Source of the DNA: Alcaligenaceae bacterium
GTDB lineage: Bacteria > Pseudomonadota > Gammaproteobacteria > Burkholderiales > Burkholderiaceae_B
Direction of reading: 5' to 3'
Length of the DNA stretch: 64,000 nucleotides
Assembly (NCBI GenBank): GCA_029268595.1
Contig: JAJUGB010000001.1
Location: 7,695 to 71,694, forward strand
The notes beneath the pieces are model-generated. The model saw only the letters and a list, made by a program, of their open reading frames with translations, did not search any database and was not told where the DNA came from. Both the position numbers and the translations under genes were made by a program. Shown piece by piece: positions 9,581 through 19,760 of this stretch (position 1 is its first letter; each line of letters opens with the position of its first letter).

Positions 9581-12500
9581 TGATAAGCGATCTCCAGCCC
9601 ATCGGCACTTACCCATTGCGCTAGCTGGTCGAGCATGGTGTCTGCCATGCGCACGCGCCAATCGTCTCCAAGGCGCACCGCGCACAGGTAGTCCTCGCGC
9701 CGCAAGAGCACCTCCACAGCGACCCCCGGCACGCCGTTCTCGGGCTCGGCCCTGAACGGATTGAGTAACTGCCGAAGCTTGAGCGCATCGGCTTCTCCGT
9801 CCAGTGTGATACGCAAGGCCTGCGCCCGGGCCTCGCGAGCAAGTTGAAGATCGAAGAGCTGATCGGCCGATACGCGCAAACCACCCGAGTATTCGTCGTT
9901 ACTGACTTTACCCTGGACTATGATCAGCTGATCTTCTTTGATGCGATTTCGGTGCTGTTCGTACAGCTCATTGAAAATGGCGACTTCTACTTGAGCGGAG
10001 CCGTCATCGAGGGTGGCAAAAAACATCTTGCCCCGGCGCGTCATTCTGGGACGCAAGGCCGAGATGATTCCGGCGAACCATTGCAGTTCGCGCGCCGGTT
10101 CCAGACGAGCCAAAGGCTTGGGGGCAAATCGGCGAACCTCGTCGCGCCAGGCGTCAAACAAGTGGCCGCTGAAGAAAAAGCCCAATGCGGATTTCTCTTG
10201 TGTCAATCGAGTTTGCAGATCCCAGGGCGCGACCTTCGCCAGCTCGCCTTCAACGATGTCGTTGCTGTCGTCTTCAAATAGCGAAACCTGGTTGGCGCTG
10301 CGCTCAGCCTGCTCCGCCGCCTCTATGGCGCTGCCGATGGTGGCAAGCAGCGCTGCCCGATTCTCGTCAATGGAGTCGAACGCCCCCGCCCGCACCAGCG
10401 CTTCGATGCTGCGCCGGTTGACGGTATGCCGGTCTATGCGACGACAAAAGTCGAACAAGCTCTTGAAAGGGCCGCCCGCTTGACGGGCGCGCACGATTTC
10501 TTCTACCGCTGCCTGGCCTGTCCCCTTCACAGCCCCTAAGCCATAGCGAATAGTGCGGGGGGGCTGTCCTTGCTCTGTATGGCGATCTGCCACCGGCTCG
10601 AAACGGTAATTGGAGGCGTTCACGTCCGGAGGCAGCACCTGAACATTGTTGTCCAGGGCATCCTTCCAGAAAATTTGGACCTTGTCAGTGTCGTCCATAT
10701 CGGACGACAAAGTGGCTGCCAGGAACTCGGCCGGATGGTAGACCTTGAGCCAGGCAGTCTGGTAAGCAATCAGTGCGTAGGCGGCCGAATGGCTTTTGTT
10801 GAAACCATAGCCTGCGAACTTCTCCATGAGGTCGAACAGTTTGACGGCCAAATCGCCGTCATAGCCCTTCTCGACTGCTCCTTTTTCGAAAATCGCCCGG
10901 TGTTGCGCCATCTCCTCGGGTTTCTTCTTGCCCATGGCGCGCCGGAGCATGTCGGCGCCCCCAAGCGTGTATCCCCCAATAATCTGGGAAATAAGCATGA
11001 CCTGCTCTTGATACACGATGACGCCGTAAGTGCTCTTGAGCACCGGCTCCAGATCGGGATGGAAGTAATCCACCTCGGCACGACCATGCTTGCGATTGAC
11101 GAAATCGACCACCATGCCCGACTCCAAGGGGCCCGGCCGATACAGGGCCAGCATGGCAATCACGTCTTCAAACGTATTGGGCCGCAGACTGCGCAGCAGT
11201 TCTTTCATGCCCCGCGATTCCAGCTGGAAGACCGCCGTGGTATTGCCCTCGCTGAGCAGATCGTAGGTTGCCGCATCGTCGAGCGGCAAAGCCATGATGT
11301 CAAAATCACGCTTATCGGCATTGAACTGGCGCACATAGCGCACGGCCCAATCCAGAATGGTGAGGTTGCGCAGGCCCAGAAAGTCGAACTTGACCAGTCC
11401 CGCTGCCTCGACGTCGTCCTTGTCGAATTGCGATACGGCGCTGCTCTCAGCGCCAGGCTGGCAATACAGTGGACAAAAATCTGTCAGCTTGCCCGGCGCA
11501 ATCAGTACACCGCCGGCGTGCATGCCGATGTTTCGGGTCAATCCCTCGAGTGGGCGCGCCAGATCGATCAGTGCCCGCACTTCCTCGTCTTGCTCATAGC
11601 GCTCCTTGAAAGCCGGCTCTTCGGCCAGGGCTCGCTCAAGCGACCATGGATCGGCCGGACTGAAAGGAATCAGCTTGGACAGGCCGTCACATAAGCTGTA
11701 GGGCATTTCGAGCACACGCCCTACATCCCGTACTACCGCCTTCGCGCCCAGCGTGCCGAACGTGGCGATCTGGCTTACCGCCTCCTTGCCATACTTCTTC
11801 TTGACGTACTCAATGACGCGCTCGCGATTGTCCTGGCAAAAATCGATATCGAAGTCGGGCATGGAGACCCGCTCGGGGTTCAGGAACCGTTCAAACAGCA
11901 GGTCGTAGCGGATCGGGTCAAGGTCGGTGATTCCTAATGAGTAGGCCACCAAGGACCCGGCTCCTGAGCCTCGACCCGGCCCGACCGGCACCCCGTTCTG
12001 TTTACCCCAGTTGATGAAGTCAGCCACAATAAGGAAATAGCCGGGAAAGCCCATGTTGATAATGGTCTTGCATTCCCAATCGAGGCGCTCGCTGTACTGA
12101 GGGTAGTGTTTGGCTCGTTCCGCCTCGTCCGGAAACAGCTGTCGCATGCGCTCTTCGAGACCCGCTCGAGACAGCTGCACCAGATAGTCGTCCAAGGTGA
12201 CGCCGTCCGGCGTAGGAAAGTTCGGCAGTTGGGGCTTGCCCAGCGTCAGCGTCAGGTTGCACCGCTTGGCGATTTCGACAGCGTTGGTCAACGCCGAGGG
12301 CACGTCCGCGAAGCGCTGGGTCATTTCTTCAGTGCTAAGCAGATACTGATCGGGCGTGAAGCGACGCACCCGGCGGGGGTTGGCTAACTGTTCGCCCGTC
12401 GCGATACAAACGCGTGCTTCATGTGCGCGATAGTCATCCGGCTGAAGAAACTGGACGGGATGCGTAGCGACGACAGGTAGGTCGAGATCGGCCGCGAGGC

Positions 12501-13065
12501 GCATGGCTGCCTGGACATACGTCTCGTCTCCTTCCACGCCGGTGCGTTGCAATTCTATGTAGTAGGCATCCGGAAAACGCGCGGCCCACTGCTGAGCCAA
12601 AACGCGCGCCTCTGCGCTTCGTCCTGCTTCGAGCGCTTGACCCACATCGCCCGAGCGGCCCCCGGACAAGACGATCAACCCCTTTCGACCGGCCAGCCAC
12701 TGACGTTTCAGTTCGGCGCGGCCCGCACGCTGATTGTCCAGCCACGCCTGGGTCAGCAGTTCACACAGATTCAAATAGCCTTCATGGGAACTGACCAGAA
12801 GCAAAATTCGATATGGCTTGTCCGGCTCCGCCTCATTTTCCAGCCAGGCGTCGCATCCGGCTATCGGCTTGACTCCGGCCCCACGCGCTGCCTTATAGAA
12901 CTTGATCAAGCCAAAGATATTACCCAGATCCGTCAGTGCTACAGCCGGCTGCCCAAGAGCAGAGACCGACTTGATGAGTTGGGGTATCTGGATAATGCCG
13001 TCCACCACCGAATACTCGGAATGGACGCGCAAATGCACGAAGGAAGGAGCAGTAGCTTGAGTCAT
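9577..13065 (-). CDS. dnaE: DNA polymerase III subunit alpha
   Basis: FVHLRVHSEYS PHP-domain N-terminus. About 1160 aa with the GFPGYFLIVADF, PDFDIDF and FNKSHSAAYA signatures. Start set at MTQATAPSFVHL (ATG 13063-13065). Confidence 0.95.
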   Translation of the reverse strand: MTQATAPSFVHLRVHSEYSVVDGIIQIPQLIKSVSALGQPAVALTDLGNIFGLIKFYKAARGAGVKPIAGCDAWLENEAEPDKPYRILLLVSSHEGYLNLCELLTQAWLDNQRAGRAELKRQWLAGRKGLIVLSGGRSGDVGQALEAGRSAEARVLAQQWAARFPDAYYIELQRTGVEGDETYVQAAMRLAADLDLPVVATHPVQFLQPDDYRAHEARVCIATGEQLANPRRVRRFTPDQYLLSTEEMTQRFADVPSALTNAVEIAKRCNLTLTLGKPQLPNFPTPDGVTLDDYLVQLSRAGLEERMRQLFPDEAERAKHYPQYSERLDWECKTIINMGFPGYFLIVADFINWGKQNGVPVGPGRGSGAGSLVAYSLGITDLDPIRYDLLFERFLNPERVSMPDFDIDFCQDNRERVIEYVKKKYGKEAVSQIATFGTLGAKAVVRDVGRVLEMPYSLCDGLSKLIPFSPADPWSLERALAEEPAFKERYEQDEEVRALIDLARPLEGLTRNIGMHAGGVLIAPGKLTDFCPLYCQPGAESSAVSQFDKDDVEAAGLVKFDFLGLRNLTILDWAVRYVRQFNADKRDFDIMALPLDDAATYDLLSEGNTTAVFQLESRGMKELLRSLRPNTFEDVIAMLALYRPGPLESGMVVDFVNRKHGRAEVDYFHPDLEPVLKSTYGVIVYQEQVMLISQIIGGYTLGGADMLRRAMGKKKPEEMAQHRAIFEKGAVEKGYDGDLAVKLFDLMEKFAGYGFNKSHSAAYALIAYQTAWLKVYHPAEFLAATLSSDMDDTDKVQIFWKDALDNNVQVLPPDVNASNYRFEPVADRHTEQGQPPRTIRYGLGAVKGTGQAAVEEIVRARQAGGPFKSLFDFCRRIDRHTVNRRSIEALVRAGAFDSIDENRAALLATIGSAIEAAEQAERSANQVSLFEDDSNDIVEGELAKVAPWDLQTRLTQEKSALGFFFSGHLFDAWRDEVRRFAPKPLARLEPARELQWFAGIISALRPRMTRRGKMFFATLDDGSAQVEVAIFNELYEQHRNRIKEDQLIIVQGKVSNDEYSGGLRVSADQLFDLQLAREARAQALRITLDGEADALKLRQLLNPFRAEPENGVPGVAVEVLLRREDYLCAVRLGDDWRVRMADTMLDQLAQWVSADGLEIAYQ

Positions 13066-13102
13066 GCACGAGATTGTACTGAAGGAAGGACCTGGCAATT
13101 CG

Positions 13103-16100
13103 TCATCGCTGCAGCGCCGCCCAGGCTTTCTGCAGACGCTTGACCGAGACCGGCATGGGCGTGCGAAGCTCTTGCGCAAACAAAGCCACACGTAGTTCTT
13201 CCAGCAACCAACGGAACTCGTCGAGCCCAGCATCACTGGCCCCTTTCAGCGCGGCGCGCGAGCGCTGATATTGCACGAGCAACGGAGCCATATCGGCCAT
13301 CAACCGCGTATCTCTGGCCGGATCGGCGCGCAGCTTATCGATGCGGGCCTGGATAGCCTTCAGATACCGGGGGTAATGCGACAACTGGGCGTAGGGTGTT
13401 TCTCGCACGAACCATTTGCTCATCAGAGCCGATAACTGGTTTTGCATGTCGGCATAGGCCGCTGAGTGTGGCTTTGCCTGTGGCAACTTCTTCTGCACTG
13501 CGGCCCATTCGGACAATATTAGTCCGACCGTTCTGGCGATCTCGTGCGCCAATAAGCCGACGCGATTTCGGCCCTCCGACTTGCGTTGTTCAAATTCCTC
13601 TTTATTCGTTGGCCACGGATCACCAAGGCAAGCTTGCTCGATAGCCATGTCTATTATCTGATCCCGGAGCTCTTCCTGCGTACCGAGGGTCATGAACAAC
13701 ATGCTCATGCGAGTCAGATCATTAAGATTCTTCTCCAGAAACTTGACCTGTTCTCGCAAACCCAGCTTGAACAAGCGCAATAAGCCCGCACGGTGCTGGC
13801 GCTGCGCCTCGCCCGGGTCATCGAACACGTCCAGGTCGCAATACATGCCTCGATCAATCAAGGCGGGATAGCCGATCACCGATTGCCCTTTCCGATGGAT
13901 CTCCATCAGTTCTGGAAGTGGGCCGAAGCTCCAATCAGTGAGATGTTCATGAGCGAGGGCTTGGGCCACGTGCTCATCACGCGCGGCCAACTTCTGAAAC
14001 GACACTTGGGCCTGAGCACCATGTTCCGCCTTCAGCTGGTCCAGATTCCGACCGCCTGACAACATGCGTCCGTGTTCATCAACGACCTTGAAGTTCATGA
14101 ATAAATGCGGGGGCAAGGTCTCAGTCTTGAAATCGGTGCGCGCCGGCCGAACTTTGACCTGCTCCCACATATCGGCAGAAATGGCTTCAAGCAGTCCCAT
14201 GGGTGGATCAGAAGCGCGCTCGAACCATCGCTCATAAAAGCCCGCTGCATAATCCGGCAGTGGCACGCAATGCCGACGCAGCTTCTGCGGCAAGGACTTA
14301 AGGAGCAGATGCACCTTTTCCTTCAGCATGCCCGGCACAAGCCACTCACATCGCATAGGGTCAATCGTGTTCAAGGCAAAAAGCGGCACGGTGAGCGTCA
14401 CGCCGTCCCGCACCGACCCCGGCTCGAAGTGATAGTCCAGGGCCATCTGGACGCCCTGCCAAGTCATGGTCTTCGGAAACACGTCCGTGGTGACACCGGC
14501 CGCTTCATGGCGCATCAACTCTTCGCGGCTCAAGAGCAGGCGCCGAGCAGCATCTTGGTCCAGACCTTTATGCCACTTTTCCAAGGTGGCTGTCTGGTAG
14601 ATATGCTCCGGTATCTGGCGGTCGTAAAAGGCGTAAATCAGCGCGTCGTCGACCAGAATGTCAGGTCGTCGAGTCTGGTGCTCGAGTTTCTCGATTCGAT
14701 TGATGAGCTTTCGGTTGTGTTCAAGAAAAGGCAGGGAGCTGTTGAGCTCGCCCGGGACCAGACCTTCTCGTATGAATATTTCCCGCGCATGAGCAGGATC
14801 GATGCGACCAAAATGGATGCGTCGGCCGGAATACACCGTCAATCCGTACAGAGTGGCTCTTTCGTTAGCGACGACTTGCCCGCTCTTCTTATCCCACCGT
14901 GGGTCGGACCATGCACGTTTCAGTAAATGAGCGCCGGCCCGCTCTATCCAGACAGGTTCCACTCGGGCGACGCAACGGGCAAACAAACGAGTCGTTTCAA
15001 CCAGTTCAGCCGCCACAATCCAGCGCCCAGCCTTCTTGACCAGCGTGGAACCGGGATGGATCTGGAAGCGGATGTCGCGTGCCCCAACATAGCCTCCGCC
15101 CTCCTCGTGTCGCACGCCGATATTGCCCAAGAGGCCCGCAAGCAGCGCCATATGAGTCTGTTCGTAGGTGGCTGGCAAGGTGTTGACACGCCAACGCTGC
15201 TCGCCGACCAAGCTGGCCAGCTGAGTATGGACATCCCGCCATTCGCGCAAGCGCAGAGGTGACAGGAAACTCTGCCGCAGCTGGGCGACCAATTTTCGCT
15301 GCGACGCCTTGTGCGCAAGTTTGTCCTCGTACCAGTGCCAAAGCTTCAGGTAAGACAGGAATTCCGACTTGTCATCGCGAAACTTGGCATGCGCGTTCTC
15401 GGCGGCCTCGCGTTCGCTCATAGGACGGTCGCGGGGGTCCTGAACAGACAGTGCTGACGCAATGATGAGAATTTCGGCCAGACATTGCTGATCGCGCGCT
15501 TCAAGAATCATCCGAGCCACACGCGGATCCACGGGCAGCTTGGCGAGCGTCTGACCGGTGGGCGTGAGCCGGTTTGACTCGTCCAACGCTCCGAGCTCTT
15601 GCAACAAATGATACCCATCGGCAATGGCGCGGCCTGAAGGAGGCTCTACAAACGGAAAGGTTTCAATGTCCTCCAGCCCCAGGGATTTCATGCGCAAGAT
15701 CACAGAAGCCAGGGACGACCGTAGAATCTCCGGGTCCGTGAATTCCGCTCGTCGTTTGAAATCCGCCTCATCGTACAGGCGTATGCACACCCCGGGCCCC
15801 AACCGCCCGCATCGTCCCGCACGCTGATTCGCGGAAGCTTGGCTAATGGGCTCAATGCGAAGCTGCTCGACCTTGTTTCGCCAGGAGTAGCGCTTGACGC
15901 GCGCCAAGCCGCTATCGACTACAAAACGGATGCCTGGAACCGTCAACGAGGTCTCGGCCACGTTCGTGGCCAGCACGATGCGGCGTGCATTGCTTTGCGG
16001 CTTGAAAATTCGCTCTTGCTCCGCCTGAGAAAGACGGGCATAAAGGGGCAGAACTTCCGTTCCCGGTGGGTGATGCTTACGTAAAGCCTCCACCGTTTCA

Positions 16101-16957
16101 CGGATTTCCCTCTCGCCGGGCAGGAACACGAGGACGTCACCAGGTCCGTGCGAACTGCATTCGTCCACGGCTTCCACTATGGCGTCTATGAGGTCGCGCT
16201 CTTCATCGCTGCTTTGACGGCGCCCATCACGTTGCGTCGCCCGTGGGCGTCCGTCCTCTGTGGTCGGATCATTAAGATCTTGCGCCACCGGGCGATAACG
16301 TATCTCCACCGGATAAAGCCGCCCCGATACATGGATGACCGGCGCCGGCACCCCGTTCTGGGAAAAATGCTGGGCAAAACGACCTGCATCGATGGTCGCC
16401 GAGGTAATTATGACTTTGAGATCGCGACGACGAGGCAGGAGCTGGCGCAGGAAGCCCAGCAGGAAATCGATATTCAGGCTGCGCTCGTGCGCCTCGTCGA
16501 TAATGATCGTGTCGTAGCGGCGCAAAAGCGGGTCGCGTTGCGATTCGGCCAGCAGGATGCCATCCGTCATCAACTTTATGGCCGCCTGAGGTCCGGTACG
16601 GTCATTGAAGCGAATCTGATAACCCACCCAGTCGCCCAATTCGGTGTGCAACTCGTCTGCTATGCGCCGGGCCACGGAAGTCGCGGCCAAGCGCCTGGGC
16701 TGCGTGTGACCTATCATTTTCTGACTGCCCCGCCCCAGTTCCAGGCATATTTTGGGCAGCTGTGTGGTTTTGCCGGAACCGGTCTCGCCTGAGACTATGA
16801 CTACCTGATGCGCCCGAATTGCGGCCGCTATATCGTCGCGGCGAGCGCTGACCGGTAGATCGGGCGGATACTCTATAGCGGGTAAAGGCCGCGGTACTGG
16901 GGGTGACTCCCCTGGGCGATTGTGTTTGTTTACCGACAAATTGTCAGACCGAGACAT
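13103..16957 (-). CDS. hrpA: ATP-dependent RNA helicase HrpA (DEAH-box)
   Basis: GETGSGKTTQ Walker A and IIDEAHERS DEAH box. 1284 aa with the long HrpA C-terminal region. Confidence 0.9.
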   Translation of the reverse strand: MSRSDNLSVNKHNRPGESPPVPRPLPAIEYPPDLPVSARRDDIAAAIRAHQVVIVSGETGSGKTTQLPKICLELGRGSQKMIGHTQPRRLAATSVARRIADELHTELGDWVGYQIRFNDRTGPQAAIKLMTDGILLAESQRDPLLRRYDTIIIDEAHERSLNIDFLLGFLRQLLPRRRDLKVIITSATIDAGRFAQHFSQNGVPAPVIHVSGRLYPVEIRYRPVAQDLNDPTTEDGRPRATQRDGRRQSSDEERDLIDAIVEAVDECSSHGPGDVLVFLPGEREIRETVEALRKHHPPGTEVLPLYARLSQAEQERIFKPQSNARRIVLATNVAETSLTVPGIRFVVDSGLARVKRYSWRNKVEQLRIEPISQASANQRAGRCGRLGPGVCIRLYDEADFKRRAEFTDPEILRSSLASVILRMKSLGLEDIETFPFVEPPSGRAIADGYHLLQELGALDESNRLTPTGQTLAKLPVDPRVARMILEARDQQCLAEILIIASALSVQDPRDRPMSEREAAENAHAKFRDDKSEFLSYLKLWHWYEDKLAHKASQRKLVAQLRQSFLSPLRLREWRDVHTQLASLVGEQRWRVNTLPATYEQTHMALLAGLLGNIGVRHEEGGGYVGARDIRFQIHPGSTLVKKAGRWIVAAELVETTRLFARCVARVEPVWIERAGAHLLKRAWSDPRWDKKSGQVVANERATLYGLTVYSGRRIHFGRIDPAHAREIFIREGLVPGELNSSLPFLEHNRKLINRIEKLEHQTRRPDILVDDALIYAFYDRQIPEHIYQTATLEKWHKGLDQDAARRLLLSREELMRHEAAGVTTDVFPKTMTWQGVQMALDYHFEPGSVRDGVTLTVPLFALNTIDPMRCEWLVPGMLKEKVHLLLKSLPQKLRRHCVPLPDYAAGFYERWFERASDPPMGLLEAISADMWEQVKVRPARTDFKTETLPPHLFMNFKVVDEHGRMLSGGRNLDQLKAEHGAQAQVSFQKLAARDEHVAQALAHEHLTDWSFGPLPELMEIHRKGQSVIGYPALIDRGMYCDLDVFDDPGEAQRQHRAGLLRLFKLGLREQVKFLEKNLNDLTRMSMLFMTLGTQEELRDQIIDMAIEQACLGDPWPTNKEEFEQRKSEGRNRVGLLAHEIARTVGLILSEWAAVQKKLPQAKPHSAAYADMQNQLSALMSKWFVRETPYAQLSHYPRYLKAIQARIDKLRADPARDTRLMADMAPLLVQYQRSRAALKGASDAGLDEFRWLLEELRVALFAQELRTPMPVSVKRLQKAWAALQR

Positions 16958-16987
16958 GAAAACTCATAGAAAGGGGTAGGCCCTCAT

Positions 16988-16993
16988 TATAAT
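16988..16993 (+). promoter_or_regulatory. candidate -10 box (TATAAT) for argA
   Basis: Perfect TATAAT 39 nt upstream of the argA ATG in the hrpA/argA divergent gap. The -35 is weak. Confidence 0.3.
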
Positions 16994-17031
16994 TTTGGAC
17001 GAAGCAACATTATTTGGACGCGCGCCACGCA

Positions 17032-18387
17032 ATGGTCGTTCCCGACACTGACACATTATCCGCACAAGACGCTCCCGAATTTGCACCCGCGCAATTCGTA
17101 CGATGGTTCCGAGAGGTCGCCCCTTATGTCCACGATTTTCGCGGCAAGACATTTGTGGTGGCGTTCGGCGGCGAGCTGGTGTACGACGGGGCGCTCAACG
17201 CCCTGATTCAAGACCTTTCCCTGCTCTCGGCGCTCGGCGTTCGATTGGTACTGGTGCATGGTTCCCGTCCGCAGGTCAACGAGCAACTCAAATTGAAGGG
17301 CTTCGTTCAGCAATTTGGCCGCGGCATGCAACCGACCACGCCAGAAGCACTGGAGTGTGCAAAGGAAGCCGCCGGGGAAATCCGCCTCGATATCGAAGCC
17401 GCCTTCAGTCAAGGCTTGCCCAACACACCCATGTCGCATGCGCATATCCGCATCATCTCGGGCAATTTTGTAACCGCCCGTCCTCTGGGTGTCATCGACG
17501 GAATCGACTATCAGCACACTGGCGCGGTGCGCAAGATGGATAGCGACGCGCTCAAAGCAGTGATGAATCAAGGCGCCATTGTCTTGCTTTCACCGCTTGG
17601 CTTTTCTCCAACCGGAGAAGCTTTCAATTTGGCGATGGAAGACCTGGCCACCAGTGTGGCGGTCACCCTGCGGGCCGAAAAGCTCATCTTCTTGACGCAA
17701 GATCGGGTGGTCCGGAATGCAGACGGAACCGTCGACACTGAGCTGGCTCGTGAGGACGCCGACGCGCTGCTGGCCAGCGGCACGCTGGACGAAGACACGG
17801 CCTCCTTTCTCACTCACGCTTCGCTGGCCGTAAAGCGAGGCGTGGCGCGAGCTCATTTGGTGCCCTACACACTTGATGGCAGCGTGCTGCTGGAAATTTT
17901 CACCCACGACGGTGTCGGCACCATGGTTGTCGAGGACACCTTGGACGATCTCCGTCCGGCCACCATGGATGACGTGGGGGCCATTGTGCAACTTATCGAC
18001 CCCCTGGAAGCCGACGGAACCTTGGTGCCGCGTGGCCGCTCCGTGGTGGAACGCGATGTGGAAAAGTTCACCGTACTGGAGCACGACGGCGTTATTTACG
18101 GTTGCGTTGCATTGTTTCCCTACCTTGCAGAAGGAATGGCCGAGATGGCCTGCCTTATCGTCCACCCCGAATGGCAAGGCTCTGGTGAAGGGGAAATGTT
18201 GCTGCGGCATACCGAGGCCAAGGCTAGAGCCATGGGCGCACGCCGATTATTCGTATTGACGACCCGAACTTCACACTGGTTCATCAAACGAGGGTTTGTA
18301 CAAGGCGGCATCTCAGACTTGCCCAAAGAGCGCCAGGCCCACTACAACCGTTCTCGCAACAGCCTGGTGTTCATAAAGCGCCTGTAA
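17032..18387 (+). CDS. argA: amino-acid N-acetyltransferase (N-acetylglutamate synthase)
   Basis: Amino-acid-kinase-like domain (FVVAFGGE...VLVHGSRPQ) plus a C-terminal GNAT domain ([14 protein letters not shown]). ATG 17032 preferred over TTG 17014. Confidence 0.9.
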   Translation: MVVPDTDTLSAQDAPEFAPAQFVRWFREVAPYVHDFRGKTFVVAFGGELVYDGALNALIQDLSLLSALGVRLVLVHGSRPQVNEQLKLKGFVQQFGRGMQPTTPEALECAKEAAGEIRLDIEAAFSQGLPNTPMSHAHIRIISGNFVTARPLGVIDGIDYQHTGAVRKMDSDALKAVMNQGAIVLLSPLGFSPTGEAFNLAMEDLATSVAVTLRAEKLIFLTQDRVVRNADGTVDTELAREDADALLASGTLDEDTASFLTHASLAVKRGVARAHLVPYTLDGSVLLEIFTHDGVGTMVVEDTLDDLRPATMDDVGAIVQLIDPLEADGTLVPRGRSVVERDVEKFTVLEHDGVIYGCVALFPYLAEGMAEMACLIVHPEWQGSGEGEMLLRHTEAKARAMGARRLFVLTTRTSHWFIKRGFVQGGISDLPKERQAHYNRSRNSLVFIKRL

Positions 18388-18449
18388 ACCATTCCCTACT
18401 AGCCGGTACAATACCCTTTGTTGCTTACTGTCTTAAAGGTAGATACGCC

Positions 18450-18734
18450 ATGGCAAGGATGGTTCACTGTGTAAAACTCAAGCGTGAGGCCGAAGGACTG
18501 GAGTTTCCGCCCTATCCTGGCGAGCTCGGTACGCGCATTTGGCAAAACATCTCGAAAGAAGCGTGGGCCATGTGGGTAGAGACGCAAACACGGCTAGTCA
18601 ACGAGAATCGTTTGAACCTGGCCGATGCGCGCGCGCGAAAGTACCTCGCCCAGCAAATGGAAAACTTTCTGTTTCAGGACGCCAATGTGGAAGCAGCCGG
18701 GTATGTTCCCCCGTCTGAAGCAAGACCGCAGTAA
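18450..18734 (+). CDS. yggX: oxidative damage protection protein (Fe2+-trafficking, YggX family)
   Basis: [27 protein letters not shown]...NENRLNL is the characteristic YggX sequence. Confidence 0.9.
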   Translation: MARMVHCVKLKREAEGLEFPPYPGELGTRIWQNISKEAWAMWVETQTRLVNENRLNLADARARKYLAQQMENFLFQDANVEAAGYVPPSEARPQ

Positions 18735-18761
18735 GTTAGCGGGCCTGCAGAGTCTCCATGT

Positions 18762-18800
18762 AAAAACCCCGGCGCTGCTACGCGACGCCGGGGTTTTTTT
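18762..18800. terminator. bidirectional rho-independent terminator (yggX / phoU)
   Basis: Stem CCCCGGCG (18767-18774) pairs with CGCCGGGG (18786-18793). It is flanked by an A-run upstream and T7 downstream. Confidence 0.85.
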
Positions 18801-18835
18801 CTAAGTAGCAGGGCCGACGCGGGCCTAAACCGCTT

Positions 18836-19579
18836 TTACGCCTCGTTTTCTTCCTCGAACGGTTCGCCCCGCGCAGCCCGCTCGGTCGCTTTGACACCGG
18901 TATGCCGCACGTCGTCACCTCGGACCATATAAATTACCCGTTCGGCCATGTTCTTGGCGTGATCGCCAATTCGTTCCAGCGAGCGCGCAATAAAAATAAG
19001 ATCGATCGATCGCGTGATGGTGCGAGGATCTTCGATCATATAGGTGATGATGTGGCGCAAAGCGGCCTTCCATTCTTTATCCACTTCTTTGTCGCGTCGG
19101 ACCACCTGCGCAGCGAGGATGGGGTCTTCGCGCGCGAACGAATCGAGCGACTGTCGGATCATGCCGACGACAAAGTCGCGAATATGGCGTAGCTCGACGG
19201 CGGGAATATAACGCCCTTCTGTCTCGTGCAGGCGACGCCCCACTTTGGCGATTTTCTCGGCCTCGTCACCGCACCGCTCCATGTCGGTGAGCATTTTCGA
19301 TACAGCCAGCAGGAACCTCAAGTCGCTCGCCGTAGGCTGATTGCGTGCAATCAGGTTGCCAATACGCTCGTCGATTTCAACTTCGAGACGATTGACTTCC
19401 CTTTCGCGCTCGCGAACGCGTTCGACGAGGCTAAGGTCGCCCGTGACGAGAACCTCGGTGCCATCGTGCACCATTGTTTCAACCAGGCCGCCCATCTCAA
19501 GAAACAAGGACCGCGTGTGTTCGAGGTCCAGGGAAAACTGTCTATTGGTATGCTCGGTCATATCGGCCTTCGTGTGCAA
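18836..19579 (-). CDS. phoU: phosphate signalling complex protein PhoU
   Basis: Two PhoU repeats with ERIGD/ERCGD-type motifs (DMERCGDEAEKI, LERIGDHAKNMAE). The start could be ATG 19561. Confidence 0.9.
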   Translation of the reverse strand: MHTKADMTEHTNRQFSLDLEHTRSLFLEMGGLVETMVHDGTEVLVTGDLSLVERVREREREVNRLEVEIDERIGNLIARNQPTASDLRFLLAVSKMLTDMERCGDEAEKIAKVGRRLHETEGRYIPAVELRHIRDFVVGMIRQSLDSFAREDPILAAQVVRRDKEVDKEWKAALRHIITYMIEDPRTITRSIDLIFIARSLERIGDHAKNMAERVIYMVRGDDVRHTGVKATERAARGEPFEEENEA

Positions 19580-19760
19580 AAAGTACTAGAAAACAACAGC
19601 GTACACCCAAATCGCTCTGCGCGGAGCGGTCCGCCGCGCGGACCCCATGTGCCTCTTGATACAAAGACACAGGGCTGTGGTGCGGGGACGCGAGAAAGGA
19701 AACAGGGTACCCGTTGATTATGACCGGAATATGACTCTGAGGTTGGTCCAGCGCCCTGGA

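Noticed and set aside
10570-11694. 374-aa plus-strand ORF antisense to dnaE. Similar long antisense ORFs occur at 14105-14926 (in hrpA), 47854-48660 (in dxs), 55802-56788 (in polA), 61619-62419 (in the AraC gene), 17590-18210 (in argA) and 36946-37536 (in hom).
   Set aside because: They lie entirely inside well-supported genes on the opposite strand. Their translations are Arg/Gly/His-rich with no recognisable motifs. Stop-poor antisense frames are expected in GC-rich DNA.
13066-13236. Longest-ORF N-terminal extensions: dnaE to 13236, GT4 to 9685, potG to 23714, kdkA to 25675, SDR to 30166, hpnC from 31288, hpnE from 33043, PhoH from 39792, dnaB to 44251, rpsF to 45804, Rieske from 50528
   Set aside because: The extensions overlap the preceding gene or encode Cys/Arg/Trp-rich junk. 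Conserved family N-termini, RBSs or stop/start overlaps support the shorter starts given in the features.
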